A DNA stretch of 64,000 nucleotides from Clostridia bacterium (GCA_022361035.1 JAKSBP010000285.1:607-64606), one strand, 5' to 3'. Positions 49,616-60,198 are shown, counted from the first letter of the stretch. The notes: a model not told the origin generated them from the sequence alone. Numbers and translations are program-made.

Positions 49616-50824
49616 CTACTCCTTTAATTTTATCAAATCCTGTACCTTATCAAGGATAATATTTGATACCTCTTCTTTTTTCATTTTATCATACTTTTCT
49701 ATATTTCCCAAACTATCTATAATACTTACGATATTAGTCTCCTCTTTAAATCCAGCTCCCGACTGGGATATATTGTTGGCTATTATAAAATCTAGATTTT
49801 TTCTATTTATTTTACTTTTTGCATTTTCTATCAAATCCTTTGTTTCTGCTGCAAATCCAACTAAGATTTTATCCTTCTTCATCCTCCCCAGTTCAAGGAG
49901 GATATCGGGATTTCTTGAAAGCTCTATATTTAAATCTGTATCACCCTTCTTAATTTTATCCTTTGAAATCTCCTTTGGCTTATAATCGGCAACGGCAGCA
50001 GCCTTGATTATTATATGGGATTCGTCAAAATGCTTTAAGACTGCCTCATACATGTCCTTAGCTGTTATTACATCTATAACTTCTACTCCCCTTGGCTTTT
50101 CAATGTTAGTAGGACCAGAAACCAATGTAACATCTGCCCCTCTATCCCTAGCTGCTGCAGCTAAGGAATAACCCATTTTCCCAGAAGAATGATTAGTTAT
50201 ATATCTTATAGGATCAATAGCTTCTTGGGTAGGCCCAGCAGTGATTAAGACCTTTTTATTCCTTAATGACTTTTTTAAGGGTTCTTCAAAAACCTTGATT
50301 ATCTCTTCCACTATATCCTCTGGGGAAGCTAACTTTCCAATGCCATAATCTCCACAGGCAAGTCTCCCTGAAGCAGGGTCAATAAAGTTATATCCAAAAC
50401 CTTTAAGAATTTTAATATTTCTTTGCACAATAGGATTAACATACATATTTGTATTCATGGCTGGAGCAATAAGTACAGGGGCTTTGGTTGCCATCACTGT
50501 AGTTGATAACATATCGTCTGCGATACCATTTGCTACTTTGCCTATTATGTTGGCAGTGGCTGGTGCAATTACAAAGAGGTCGGCTTTTTGTGCCAGGGAT
50601 ATATGCTCTACATCCCAGGTTTTAGGCTCATCAAACATATCTGTAACCACGTAGTTCTGAGATAAGGATTGAAAGCTTAGGGGCTGTACAAACTTTACAG
50701 CAGATTTTGTCATTATTACATTTATGTTTGCACTTAGCTTTTTTAGCCTACTTATCACATCTAATACCTTGTATACCGCAACGCCTCCAGTAACACCTAT
50801 AACTATATTTTTATTAGTTAACAT
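49616..50824 (-). CDS. coaBC: Bifunctional phosphopantothenoylcysteine decarboxylase / phosphopantothenate-cysteine ligase
   Basis: GVTGG.A.YK flavoprotein N-terminus, PAMN, and a C-terminal CoaB domain (ITN.SSGKMG). ATG at 50824 after AAGGGGTG. Confidence 0.95.
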   Translation of the reverse strand: MLTNKNIVIGVTGGVAVYKVLDVISRLKKLSANINVIMTKSAVKFVQPLSFQSLSQNYVVTDMFDEPKTWDVEHISLAQKADLFVIAPATANIIGKVANGIADDMLSTTVMATKAPVLIAPAMNTNMYVNPIVQRNIKILKGFGYNFIDPASGRLACGDYGIGKLASPEDIVEEIIKVFEEPLKKSLRNKKVLITAGPTQEAIDPIRYITNHSSGKMGYSLAAAARDRGADVTLVSGPTNIEKPRGVEVIDVITAKDMYEAVLKHFDESHIIIKAAAVADYKPKEISKDKIKKGDTDLNIELSRNPDILLELGRMKKDKILVGFAAETKDLIENAKSKINRKNLDFIIANNISQSGAGFKEETNIVSIIDSLGNIEKYDKMKKEEVSNIILDKVQDLIKLKE

Positions 50825-50860
50825 ACTGCACCCCTTAATATTTCTTTTCAACTATATTTA

Positions 50861-51070
50861 TTATATCTCGCCCTCAGATTCAATCTTTTCGTAGGAAATT
50901 TTATCTTTAAAAATTTCGTTTGTAGCTACTGTAACCGGCTTATTAGATTCTATATCTATAAGGCTATCACTACCTTCTATTAATTGCCTAGCTCTTTTGG
51001 CAGCAGCGATAACTAAAGTATATCTACTGTCAACTTTTTCTAATAACTGATTAATTGGGGGTTTAAGCAT
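50861..51070 (-). CDS. rpoZ: DNA-directed RNA polymerase subunit omega
   Basis: MLKPPI..LL.KVDSRY.LV..AAKRARQL. Confidence 0.93.
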   Translation of the reverse strand: MLKPPINQLLEKVDSRYTLVIAAAKRARQLIEGSDSLIDIESNKPVTVATNEIFKDKISYEKIESEGEI

Positions 51071-51684
51071 TAAACTTCCTCCTTATACATTTTTATTAAC
51101 TCATCTACATTTCCCTTAACTCGACAGCCTTCTGCTTCGATAATTGAAACAAGACTATTTACAGCATTACTTAAATCATCATTTATTATATAATAATCAT
51201 ATTCCTTAATAAAGTCAATTTCTTTATAGGCACAATTCAGTCTCTTTTCAATGTTGTCCTCATCATCTCTTCCTCTGCTAATAATCCTGTTTCGCAACTC
51301 CTTCATACTTGGGGGCAATAGAAAAATAAATATTCCCTTTGGAAACTTTTCTTTTATTTGCATCGCTCCCTGGGGATCAATTTCTAATATAATATCATAC
51401 CCCATATCAAGTTGTTCTAATACATACTTTTTAGGAGTTCCATATAAATTATTATAGACCTCGGCATATTCTAAAAAACCACCTGATTTTATCATGTCTT
51501 GAAAATTGCTTTTACCTATAAAATAGTAGTTTACACCCTCTATCTCTCCCTTTCTTCTTTCCCTCGTAGTAGCGGAGATAGATAGTTTCACTTCTGGTTT
51601 AACCCTTAAAAGCTCTTTACACACTGTTCCCTTTCCTACACCCGATGGACCACATACAATGAACAATGCTCCTGTTTTTTTCAT
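51070..51684 (-). CDS. gmk: Guanylate kinase
   Basis: GPSGVGKGT, TTR..R.GE..G..Y.F. ATG at 51684, 6 nt after AAGGAGA. Confidence 0.95.
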   Translation of the reverse strand: MKKTGALFIVCGPSGVGKGTVCKELLRVKPEVKLSISATTRERRKGEIEGVNYYFIGKSNFQDMIKSGGFLEYAEVYNNLYGTPKKYVLEQLDMGYDIILEIDPQGAMQIKEKFPKGIFIFLLPPSMKELRNRIISRGRDDEDNIEKRLNCAYKEIDFIKEYDYYIINDDLSNAVNSLVSIIEAEGCRVKGNVDELIKMYKEEV

Positions 51685-51700
51685 ACCGATTCTCCTTCTT

Positions 51701-51976
51701 TTAGCCATTGTTATCAATTATTTTGTCATCTGTTTCCTTTGAATTAAACCTATTAGCCATCGTCTCAGGCTGAACAGCCGATAATATTAAGTGACCACTA
51801 TCGCATATGATAACTGCCCTTGTTCTCCTACCATATGTAGCATCAACTAGTTTACCCTCTTCTCTAGCTTCGTTAATAATTCTTTTAATCGGAGCCGATT
51901 CCGGTTTAACAATAGCTATAATCCTACTAGCTGAAATCATGTTTCCAAAACCAATGTTAACTAACCTTAATTGCAT
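51701..51976 (-). CDS. remA: RemA/YlzA family regulator (DUF370)
   Basis: LVNIGFGN.....R..AIV.P.SAPIKR.I.EA...G.L.DAT.GR.TRAVI..DS.H..LSA. ATG at 51976 after GGGGGATAAG. Confidence 0.92.
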   Translation of the reverse strand: MQLRLVNIGFGNMISASRIIAIVKPESAPIKRIINEAREEGKLVDATYGRRTRAVIICDSGHLILSAVQPETMANRFNSKETDDKIIDNNG

Positions 51977-51989
51977 TCTTATCCCCCTG

Positions 51990-52871
51990 TTACTCAATAT
52001 TTTGAACTTGCTCTCTAATCTTTTCCAATTCACTCTTTATCTCTATAACCATACTAGAAATATTAATATCAGAAGACTTTGAACCGATTGTATTAATTTC
52101 CCTATTCATTTCTTGAATTAAGAAATCTAACTTTCTTCCTACCGCACCAGATTCACTGGTAATCGTATTTAGCTGATCTAAATGGCTAAACAATCTAACA
52201 ATTTCTTCTGTTATATTACTTTTATCTGCATAGATTGAAACCTCTAAAGCAATCCTATCTTCATCAATTTCAATAGTATCTTCGGTTAATTCCCTTACTC
52301 TCTCCAATAATTTTGCTCTATACTCCTTTACAATTATAGGAGTCCAAAGCTCTATTTCCTTAACTATTTCATATATCTTCAAGCTTCTACTTTTTATGTC
52401 TTCTGCTAGCTTCAATCCTTCTGCCTTCCTCATTTCAATCAGTGAGGATAGAGCCTGTCTAAGTGCCAAGCTCAAGGATTGCCAAATAACATCCTCTTCT
52501 TCTTCCCTATTTTCAATCCTAAAGATATCAGGAAAACGCGTTAATTGGCTTATAGATATTTCGTCCTTTAAATTAAAATTTTCTTTAATTTCCTTTAAGG
52601 AATTATAATATTGCTGAACAATGTTTAAATTTGGTTTTATTACAATATCTTCATTTTTAGATTCGTCTAAAGTAATATAAACCTCAATCCTACCTCTTTT
52701 TACTGAATCCTTAATAAATTTCCTGATTTTTTCTTCAAATGAAGATAATTTTTTTGGCATTCTAATAATAATATCATTATACCTATGGTTTACCGATTTT
52801 ATTTCTATAAGGAAATTCCTTAATTCATCATTTGATTCTCCTCTACCATAACCCGTCATACTACTAACCAT
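51990..52871 (-). CDS. yicC: YicC family stress-induced protein
   Basis: [10 protein letters not shown]-terminus and a DUF1732 C-terminus (GRKLDFL.QEMNRE.NTIGSK). Confidence 0.93.
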   Translation of the reverse strand: MVSSMTGYGRGESNDELRNFLIEIKSVNHRYNDIIIRMPKKLSSFEEKIRKFIKDSVKRGRIEVYITLDESKNEDIVIKPNLNIVQQYYNSLKEIKENFNLKDEISISQLTRFPDIFRIENREEEEDVIWQSLSLALRQALSSLIEMRKAEGLKLAEDIKSRSLKIYEIVKEIELWTPIIVKEYRAKLLERVRELTEDTIEIDEDRIALEVSIYADKSNITEEIVRLFSHLDQLNTITSESGAVGRKLDFLIQEMNREINTIGSKSSDINISSMVIEIKSELEKIREQVQNIE

Positions 52872-53014
52872 AAAACTAATCCTTCCTCCCCAGAGGTATT
52901 CACAGACACCTCCATAATTCTAACATTTCAACCAATTCTTCACAATACTTTTCTAAATATATATACAACTTGTCAAAAATTAACCTGTTAACAACATATT
53001 ATATCATTAATATT

Positions 53015-53866
53015 CTAAAATTTTAAGGATTCCTCTAAATAATATTTTCCATCACATATAAACTTTGCTGTACCTTTCATAAAAACTCTATTATCATCAT
53101 CTATATGGATATTTAGTTTACCACCGGGCACCCTTACCTCTGCTTTTCTAGCAACATAACCTAATAAATTTGCAACATATACAGACCCACATACTCCAGT
53201 ACCACATGCCAATGTTTTTCCAGACCCTCTTTCCCATGTATCAACCTTTATCAATTCTTTATTGACTACTTGAACAAAGTTAACATTAGTTCCTCTAGGA
53301 TAAATATTATACCTTTCAATCTGAGGCCCAATTTCATAAACAATATTTTCCCCTAATTCTTCAACAAATACTATTGTATGGGGAACTCCCATCAATATAC
53401 TTGACACTACTATATTTGAACCATTAAGCTTTATATTTTCATTTATATAGCTTTCCTTTTCTGTTACAACAGGTACATCCTTAGCTTTAAGGCTTGGACT
53501 TCCCATATCAACTAATATACTTTGAACCTTTCCCTCTTCTGTTACTTCAAGTTTTATATCTTTTTCACCAGCAAGGGTTTCCACTGTAAAAACTTTCTTC
53601 CTTACTATTCCCTTTTCATAAACAAATTTTGAAAAGCATCTTATACCGTTGCCGCACATCTCACCTATAGAGCCATCTGAATTATAGTAATTCATTTTAA
53701 CATCCTTTGATTCAGAATTTTCAACTATCATCAACCCATCGGCCCCAATACCAAAATGTCTATCGCAAACTTTCTTAGCTAAAATCCCATACTCAATTCC
53801 CCTAACTTCCTCCGCCATAATAATTATAAAATCATTACCCGCCCCCTGCATCTTACTAAATCTCAT
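53015..53866 (-). CDS. dapF: Diaminopimelate epimerase
   Basis: F.KM.GAGNDFI, two catalytic Cys regions (MCGNG.RC and .ACGTG). Confidence 0.95.
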   Translation of the reverse strand: MRFSKMQGAGNDFIIIMAEEVRGIEYGILAKKVCDRHFGIGADGLMIVENSESKDVKMNYYNSDGSIGEMCGNGIRCFSKFVYEKGIVRKKVFTVETLAGEKDIKLEVTEEGKVQSILVDMGSPSLKAKDVPVVTEKESYINENIKLNGSNIVVSSILMGVPHTIVFVEELGENIVYEIGPQIERYNIYPRGTNVNFVQVVNKELIKVDTWERGSGKTLACGTGVCGSVYVANLLGYVARKAEVRVPGGKLNIHIDDDNRVFMKGTAKFICDGKYYLEESLKF

Positions 53867-53928
53867 GACTTTTACCTCCTTATATTGTATAAATATATCC
53901 AGTTAAAATTTATTAAGGTCTAAAAGGG

Positions 53929-54069
53929 ATTGTCTTTATAAATAAACAACTTTAAAGATTGATAAATTTGAAAGAAAAAATGTAGAAGAATTCATTGTTT
54001 TCTTTCAAATTTATCTTGAGTTTTAATGTTGTTTATCTTTATATGATTGTACAATCATATAAAGACAAT
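53929..54069 (+). repeat. Family-C repeat, copy 3 (longest; carries a nested 30-bp perfect palindrome)
   Basis: attgtctttataaataaacaactttaaagattgataaatttgaaagaaaa pairs with ttttctttcaaatttatc..gttgtttatc..tataaagacaat. Confidence 0.65.
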
Positions 54070-54225
54070 ACTATAGCTATATAGTATTATATACAATATT
54101 CATAAATATCGTCTTTTAAATTTTATAATTTAATGTTATACTTTACAAAGAATTTTCACATGTTGCAGTTAGTAATTCTATGTCTAATTGCTAAAGCTTC
54201 AAATTACTTTTAATGGAGGGATAAT

Positions 54226-56007
54226 ATGCCGTTTGATGGCCTTGTAATAAATTCATTAGTCTCTGAGCTAGGGGAACAGTTGATAAACAAAAAAATTGAA
54301 AAAATATATCAGCCTGAAGATGACGAAATAATTATTAAGTTTAGAAACCTTGACAAACGTAATAAATTGATGATGTCGGTAGATAGCAGTCTACCCCATA
54401 TATCCTTGACTAGTTTACAAAAAAATAATCCTTTAAATCCACCTATGTTTTGTATGCTTTTAAGAAAACATCTACATGGGGGTAAGGTTGTAGATGTCTA
54501 TCAGGTGGAATTTGAGCGTATACTGGTTCTCTCCATTGAAAGCTATGACGAACTGGGAAACGTCAATATCAAAGAATTAATAGTTGAAATAATGGGTAAA
54601 CACAGTAATATAATTCTCATTGATAAAGATACTAAAGTTGTTATAGATAGTATTAAAAGAATTCCTTCCAGTATTAGTAGACAAAGACAAATCCTCCCTG
54701 GGCTTCAATATAGACAACCACCTGGTCAGGACAAAATTAATATATTTAGCATAGACTATGACACCTTCAAAAATCAAATGAATAAAGCTTCGGAAAACAC
54801 CCAAGTATATAAAGCTATATATAGGTTATTCCAAGGAATAAGCCCCGTTATTGCAAAGGAAATATGTCTTAACTCTACTGTGGATATAGATACTCCAGTT
54901 TCCCATATTTCAGAAGCTACCTATAGAAGCTTTTGGAGCAACTTTTCAAATATATTAATGAAAATTTGTAACAATAGATATTCACCAAATATAATAGTCG
55001 ATTCAAAGAATAATAGGACTATAGATTTTTCCTCAATCAAGCTAGACATTTATGAAAGTGAACATTTTTCTCATACGTATTTTGACTCCATAAGTGATAC
55101 TATAAATAAATTTTATTCTGAAAAGGATAAATATAATCGAATTAAACAAAAGTCTACTGATATAATAAAGATTATTAATACTCGACTTGAAAGACTCTTT
55201 AAAAAACTACAAAAACAAAAAGAAGAATTAATAACTGCACAAGGGGCTGAAAAATACAAACTTTTTGGAGAATTAATACTATCAAATATGTATCAAATAT
55301 CTAAGGGCATGAAGGAAATAGAGGTGCAAAACTATTATGACCCTGATATGTCAACTATGATAATTCCCCTTGATTCAAGGTTAGACCCTTCAGAAAATAG
55401 CCAAAGGTATTATAAAAAATATAATAAATACAAAAGTGCACAGGATAAAATAAGCAAACAAATTAGAGACACCGATGAAGAAATAAAGTATTTACAAAAC
55501 GTATTAACTAATATAGAAAATACCGATGATATTAATAATATTAACGAAATAAAACAGGAATTAATCGAACAAAAATACATTAAAAAGAGAAAAAGCACTA
55601 AGCAAAAAGAAAAAGCTGCTAAATTTCAACCCTATAAATATTGTACAGAAAATGGCTTCGTCATATTAGCTGGAAAAAACAATAAACAAAATGATTATTT
55701 GACCTTAAAATTTGCTTCCAAAAAAGATATTTGGCTCCATACTAAGGAAATTCCAGGCTCCCACGTAATAATTAAAACTGAAGGTAAGGAAGTTCCCCAT
55801 GATGTCATAATGACCGGTGCTTTGATTGCAGCCTACCACAGTAAAGGAAGGAGCTCTAGCAATGTTCCTATAGATTATACCGATGTAAAATTTGTAAAAA
55901 AGCCATCGGGTGCAAAGCCTGGAATGGTTATCTATGAAAATTTTAAAACTGTTTATGTAACTCCCTACGAAGAGGAAGTAAAAAAATTAGAAGTAAACGC
56001 AAACTAA
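54226..56007 (+). CDS. rqcH: Ribosome quality-control protein RqcH (NFACT/FbpA family)
   Basis: MPFDG N-terminus, EIMGKHSNIIL (NFACT-N), a coiled-coil middle, and an NFACT-R C-terminus (WLHTKEIPGSHVII). Confidence 0.92.
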   Translation: MPFDGLVINSLVSELGEQLINKKIEKIYQPEDDEIIIKFRNLDKRNKLMMSVDSSLPHISLTSLQKNNPLNPPMFCMLLRKHLHGGKVVDVYQVEFERILVLSIESYDELGNVNIKELIVEIMGKHSNIILIDKDTKVVIDSIKRIPSSISRQRQILPGLQYRQPPGQDKINIFSIDYDTFKNQMNKASENTQVYKAIYRLFQGISPVIAKEICLNSTVDIDTPVSHISEATYRSFWSNFSNILMKICNNRYSPNIIVDSKNNRTIDFSSIKLDIYESEHFSHTYFDSISDTINKFYSEKDKYNRIKQKSTDIIKIINTRLERLFKKLQKQKEELITAQGAEKYKLFGELILSNMYQISKGMKEIEVQNYYDPDMSTMIIPLDSRLDPSENSQRYYKKYNKYKSAQDKISKQIRDTDEEIKYLQNVLTNIENTDDINNINEIKQELIEQKYIKKRKSTKQKEKAAKFQPYKYCTENGFVILAGKNNKQNDYLTLKFASKKDIWLHTKEIPGSHVIIKTEGKEVPHDVIMTGALIAAYHSKGRSSSNVPIDYTDVKFVKKPSGAKPGMVIYENFKTVYVTPYEEEVKKLEVNAN

Positions 56008-56033
56008 AGAGTTTATAGAAAATTTTACCCAAT

Positions 56034-56212
56034 TATAGATGAGTGATTGAGAAAGTTAACTTACTACAGCAGCCACAGAGAATCCTTTAGGCTCATGCTA
56101 TAAATCTGTTTTTAAATAGGTAATAGAAGGTAAAACAGATTCATAAAAATCGCTCTAAAGGAAACCTCAGTGGCTGCTTTCGTTTATCAAATTTGTAAGT
56201 CACTCATCTATA
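56034..56212 (-). mobile_element. Family-B MITE-like long-hairpin element, copy 2 (inverted relative to copy 1, perfect 13-bp TIR)
   Basis: tatagatgagtga at 56034..56046 and tcactcatctata at 56200..56212. No ORF. The arms pair along most of their length. Confidence 0.7.
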
Positions 56213-56234
56213 AAGGTCACAGTTTTCTTCTTTA

Positions 56235-56267
56235 TAACCTCACTAAATTAAATATTTAGTGAGGTTA
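56235..56267. terminator. 14-bp hairpin between family-B copy 2 and pyrR (possible terminator)
   Basis: taacctcactaaat / atttagtgaggtta perfect stem. The T-runs are weak on both strands. Confidence 0.4.
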
Positions 56268-56325
56268 CTTAAAGCCATTTTTCAAAAAAATATTATTAAA
56301 AATCAGAGCTTAATTTACAATATTT

Positions 56326-56889
<564 letters not shown>

Positions 56890-56907
56890 CTATAATAATT
56901 AGTTATA

Positions 56908-57825
56908 CTATATCCTCCTCAGTTTATCAAGTAAAGAATTAAAATAATCGGGAAGTTCGCTATTAAACTCAATATATTCTCCCCTTGTCGGGTGAACAAA
57001 ACCTAGTACCTTTGCATGTAACATCTGTCCCTTTAACTTGAAATTCTCCTTTTTGATACCATAAAGTGGATCACCTACTAGGGGGTGGCCTAGATAGGAC
57101 ATATGGACTCTAATTTGATGGGTACGTCCAGTTTCAAGTTTAAGTTCCAGGAGATTGTATCTAGAAAACCTTTCAAGGACTTTAAAGTGGGTAACAGCTC
57201 TTTTACCATTATTCTCTAGTGCAGCTCTCTTAAATCTATTTACGGGATGCCTTCCTATTAAAGTATCAATTGTAGCACTATCGGCTTTAATATTGCCATG
57301 TACTAATGCGTAGTAAATTCTATTTATACTATGGTCTTTTAATTGAGCAGATAAAAAATTATGTGCATTATTATTTTTAGCTACCATTAGAAGCCCCGAT
57401 GTATCTTTATCTATTCTATGAACAATTCCAGGCCTTATTATTCCATTAATAGAGGATAAGTTTTTTGAATGGTATAAGAGAGCATTTACCAGTGTACCTG
57501 AATAATGTCCTGGAGCTGGATGAACAACCATTCCCTGGGGCTTATTTACTATCAAAATATCTTCATCCTCATAAATAATGGAGATTTTAATATCTTCAGG
57601 TTCCAAATTTAACTTTTCAGGCTCCGGTATTTTAATCTGAATTTCATCATATATATTTATTTTAAACTTTTTTGAAAGAATTATATGTTTATTAACCTCA
57701 ACATTTCCCTTTTCAATTAATTTTTGTACATATGACCTTGAAACATCATTTAATGCTTTAGATATATATGAGTCTAACCTAACAGGTTCCTCTATATCCT
57801 CTACAATTAACTTAATATCATTCAA
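56908..57825 (-). CDS. rluD: RluA-family 23S rRNA pseudouridine synthase (RluD)
   Basis: S4 N-terminus, HRIDKDTSGLL and the RTHQIRVH motif. Confidence 0.94.
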   Translation of the reverse strand: MNDIKLIVEDIEEPVRLDSYISKALNDVSRSYVQKLIEKGNVEVNKHIILSKKFKINIYDEIQIKIPEPEKLNLEPEDIKISIIYEDEDILIVNKPQGMVVHPAPGHYSGTLVNALLYHSKNLSSINGIIRPGIVHRIDKDTSGLLMVAKNNNAHNFLSAQLKDHSINRIYYALVHGNIKADSATIDTLIGRHPVNRFKRAALENNGKRAVTHFKVLERFSRYNLLELKLETGRTHQIRVHMSYLGHPLVGDPLYGIKKENFKLKGQMLHAKVLGFVHPTRGEYIEFNSELPDYFNSLLDKLRRI

Positions 57826-57961
57826 TCTATCTACTCCCTTATTATTAAGAATTATATATATCCTTATATTTTTTAAAGGTTATAACAGCTTTTAAAGATT
57901 TCTAAAGGAAATATAGGTTTTTTAGTATAGTCCTTACCTAAAGGCTAGTAGTATTATAACA

Positions 57962-57993
57962 TAAAAAGAGAAGCAAAACCGAGGCTTGCTTCT
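57962..57993 (-). terminator. Terminator after the YteA-like gene
   Basis: agaagcaa / ttgcttct stem, followed on the minus strand by CTTTTTAT. Confidence 0.7.
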
Positions 57994-57999
57994 ATATTT

Positions 58000-58650
58000 T
58001 TATTCCTTTTTCTCTGAATCAGCTTCTTCTTCATAATAATATTCCGAGCTTATATCATCTACATCTTCTACTTTACCAGAAATTTTTGCATCATACATAT
58101 TATTGTCATACCAGTCTAAGGCCATTTTTTTCTGATCGGTTTTATTATACCTTGCTACAGCCTGCCAGGAATCCTCTCCATCGAAACCATTTACACTGGA
58201 TTTATCATTAAATGTTCTCCCAAAGGGATAGTTAAGCCCTTCTTCCTCTACCGGTCTTGTATGAATTTTCTCATCTAGGGAAAGGTGAGATTCTCTTTTA
58301 CTACATTGAAGGCATAATACTGTATATGGTATAATCTCTAATCTTTCCAGGTTTATAGGTTGCCCACATACATCACAGTCTCCATATGTACCCTCTTCAA
58401 TTTTTCCTATGGCTTTATCTATGTCTTCTAAAATCCTTTTTTCATTTTCCTCCAGGTTAAAATGCATCTCCTTTTCAAAGGTCTCACTGGCTATATCGGC
58501 GGGGTGATTATCATAAAGGGAAAGCTCGCTATAATACTCTCTAAATGAGCTGCGAAGTCCATTTTCTTCCTCATGGTCAAGAGCATTCAATACTTCCTTC
58601 TTCTCTTTTAAAAGTTTTTCTTTAAAATGTTTTAAGCCTTCTTTATCCAT
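58000..58650 (-). CDS. TraR/DksA-family C4 zinc-finger protein (YteA-like)
   Basis: Coiled-coil N-terminus, then CDVCGQPI...RLE..P....C..C. Confidence 0.85.
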   Translation of the reverse strand: MDKEGLKHFKEKLLKEKKEVLNALDHEEENGLRSSFREYYSELSLYDNHPADIASETFEKEMHFNLEENEKRILEDIDKAIGKIEEGTYGDCDVCGQPINLERLEIIPYTVLCLQCSKRESHLSLDEKIHTRPVEEEGLNYPFGRTFNDKSSVNGFDGEDSWQAVARYNKTDQKKMALDWYDNNMYDAKISGKVEDVDDISSEYYYEEEADSEKKE

Positions 58651-58660
58651 CTTAGCCCTC

Positions 58661-58939
58661 CTACCTGTAATTTTCTATTATTTCTATCAATTCAGCAATA
58701 TACTTTCCAATAAGGGGAAGATTTACCATTTGATCAATAATGTAAATTATAATCGCCGCTAGTATTGTAAACCCTATTGCCGTTCCTATACCCCGCGCTA
58801 TACCAATAATAAAATTGGAAATTAGCAATTTTCTTGGATTATTAATTGTTTCAATATACTCTGATATCTTACTCTTTTCTAAAGCAATTGAATAGGATTC
58901 TAGCTTTTTTTCTAAAGAATTAATTTTTTTTTCAATCAT
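58661..58939 (-). CDS. DUF5665-like small membrane protein
   Basis: 92 aa. NF..GIARG.G.AIGFT.L hydrophobic core. The family call is from memory. Confidence 0.7.
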   Translation of the reverse strand: MIEKKINSLEKKLESYSIALEKSKISEYIETINNPRKLLISNFIIGIARGIGTAIGFTILAAIIIYIIDQMVNLPLIGKYIAELIEIIENYR

Positions 58940-59323
58940 TCTGTAACACGTCCTAGTACCATATGTAATAGCTGAAAATATTTAAACTCAGATATACCAT
59001 AGAATGCTTTAAAAAATTATACTCTATTCATTTAAAATCCAATGTCCAAGCCATAGGATTGAAAGGGCAATAAGCTTCTTATATAGAAAGGAACATCGGA
59101 AATATTCAAGGTTTCTATGGATATTCTGATTTGATATTATTTTGCCCCTTTTCAAATAAAATATAAGTAAACTCCTTTTACAAATACCAAACCTGGAAAT
59201 TTAAATAAAAATCTAAAGTATGACAGTAATATTCTCCATTTCCAAAGGAGTGAAGATTTTTATAATATTCTGCTATACTATCAAAATCCATAATTCATTA
59301 ATAATAGTTTAATTTTTTAAGCA

Positions 59324-59356
59324 TAAAAAAAACTATAGTAAACACTATAGTTTTTT
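59324..59356 (-). terminator. Terminator after mtnN
   Basis: aaaaaaactatag-taaaca-ctatagtttttt, flanked by A and T runs. Confidence 0.8.
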
Positions 59357-59409
59357 ACTCTATTCTTTATATATATTACAGAAATCTTAAACTTTAAAGG
59401 TATATATAA

Positions 59410-60108
59410 TTATATACGATTGACAATATTCCTAACCATATTACTTGAGTTCTGAGCTGCTTCATGTACAAATTCATCAAAGCTTATATGGGCTGTTCCA
59501 TCGGCCTTATCAGAAATAGCCCTTATTATTACAAAGGGTATATTGTTTAAGTAGCTTGTATGACCTATTGAAGCTCCTTCCATTTCTGTACAATATCCTT
59601 TAAAGTTATCCCACAGAAAATCTTTTTTATCAGGGCAAGCAACAAAAACGTCTCCAGATAATATCCTCCCAATCATAGTGTTATGCTTTATAGTTTCTTC
59701 TTTACTAGCCTCAAAGGCTATGTCAACAAGCATCTTATCGGCTTTAAATATATGTGTATCCATTCTAGGAATTACTCCTAATTCATGGCCAAAACCCCTT
59801 GCATCAAAATCATGTTCAATAACATCCGATGATATCACAATGTCTCCGACATTCAACTCTTCATGGAGTGCCCCTGCAACACCAATATTTATGATATGGG
59901 TTACATTAAAGTTACTAGCAAGAACCTGGGTACAAATAGCTGCATTAACTTTTCCAATTCCACAACGAACAATTATAATGTCCTTATTATCTAATTTGCC
60001 TATATAAAAATTCATATAGGCTATATTTACAGTTTCTTCAATCTCCATAAGACCCTTTAATATTTCAACTTCTTCCTCCATAGCTCCTATAATACCTATT
60101 TTAACCAT
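59410..60108 (-). CDS. mtnN: 5'-methylthioadenosine/S-adenosylhomocysteine nucleosidase
   Basis: IGIIGAMEEE, GIGKVNAA, TEMEGA and RAISD motifs. Confidence 0.95.
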   Translation of the reverse strand: MVKIGIIGAMEEEVEILKGLMEIEETVNIAYMNFYIGKLDNKDIIIVRCGIGKVNAAICTQVLASNFNVTHIINIGVAGALHEELNVGDIVISSDVIEHDFDARGFGHELGVIPRMDTHIFKADKMLVDIAFEASKEETIKHNTMIGRILSGDVFVACPDKKDFLWDNFKGYCTEMEGASIGHTSYLNNIPFVIIRAISDKADGTAHISFDEFVHEAAQNSSNMVRNIVNRI

Positions 60109-60198
60109 AGATGCCCCCCCTTTAATTAATGAATTTCCCTAAGAGAACTTAAAATCCTTAACCGTTTTAAGAAAATTTCTCTTAAGTTTTAATGATAA

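Noticed and set aside
59178-59291. 37-codon minus-strand ORF (MDFDSIAEYYKNLH...)
   Set aside because: It has no SD and terminates early. It is at most a gene remnant, so I report it only as possible debris in the findings.
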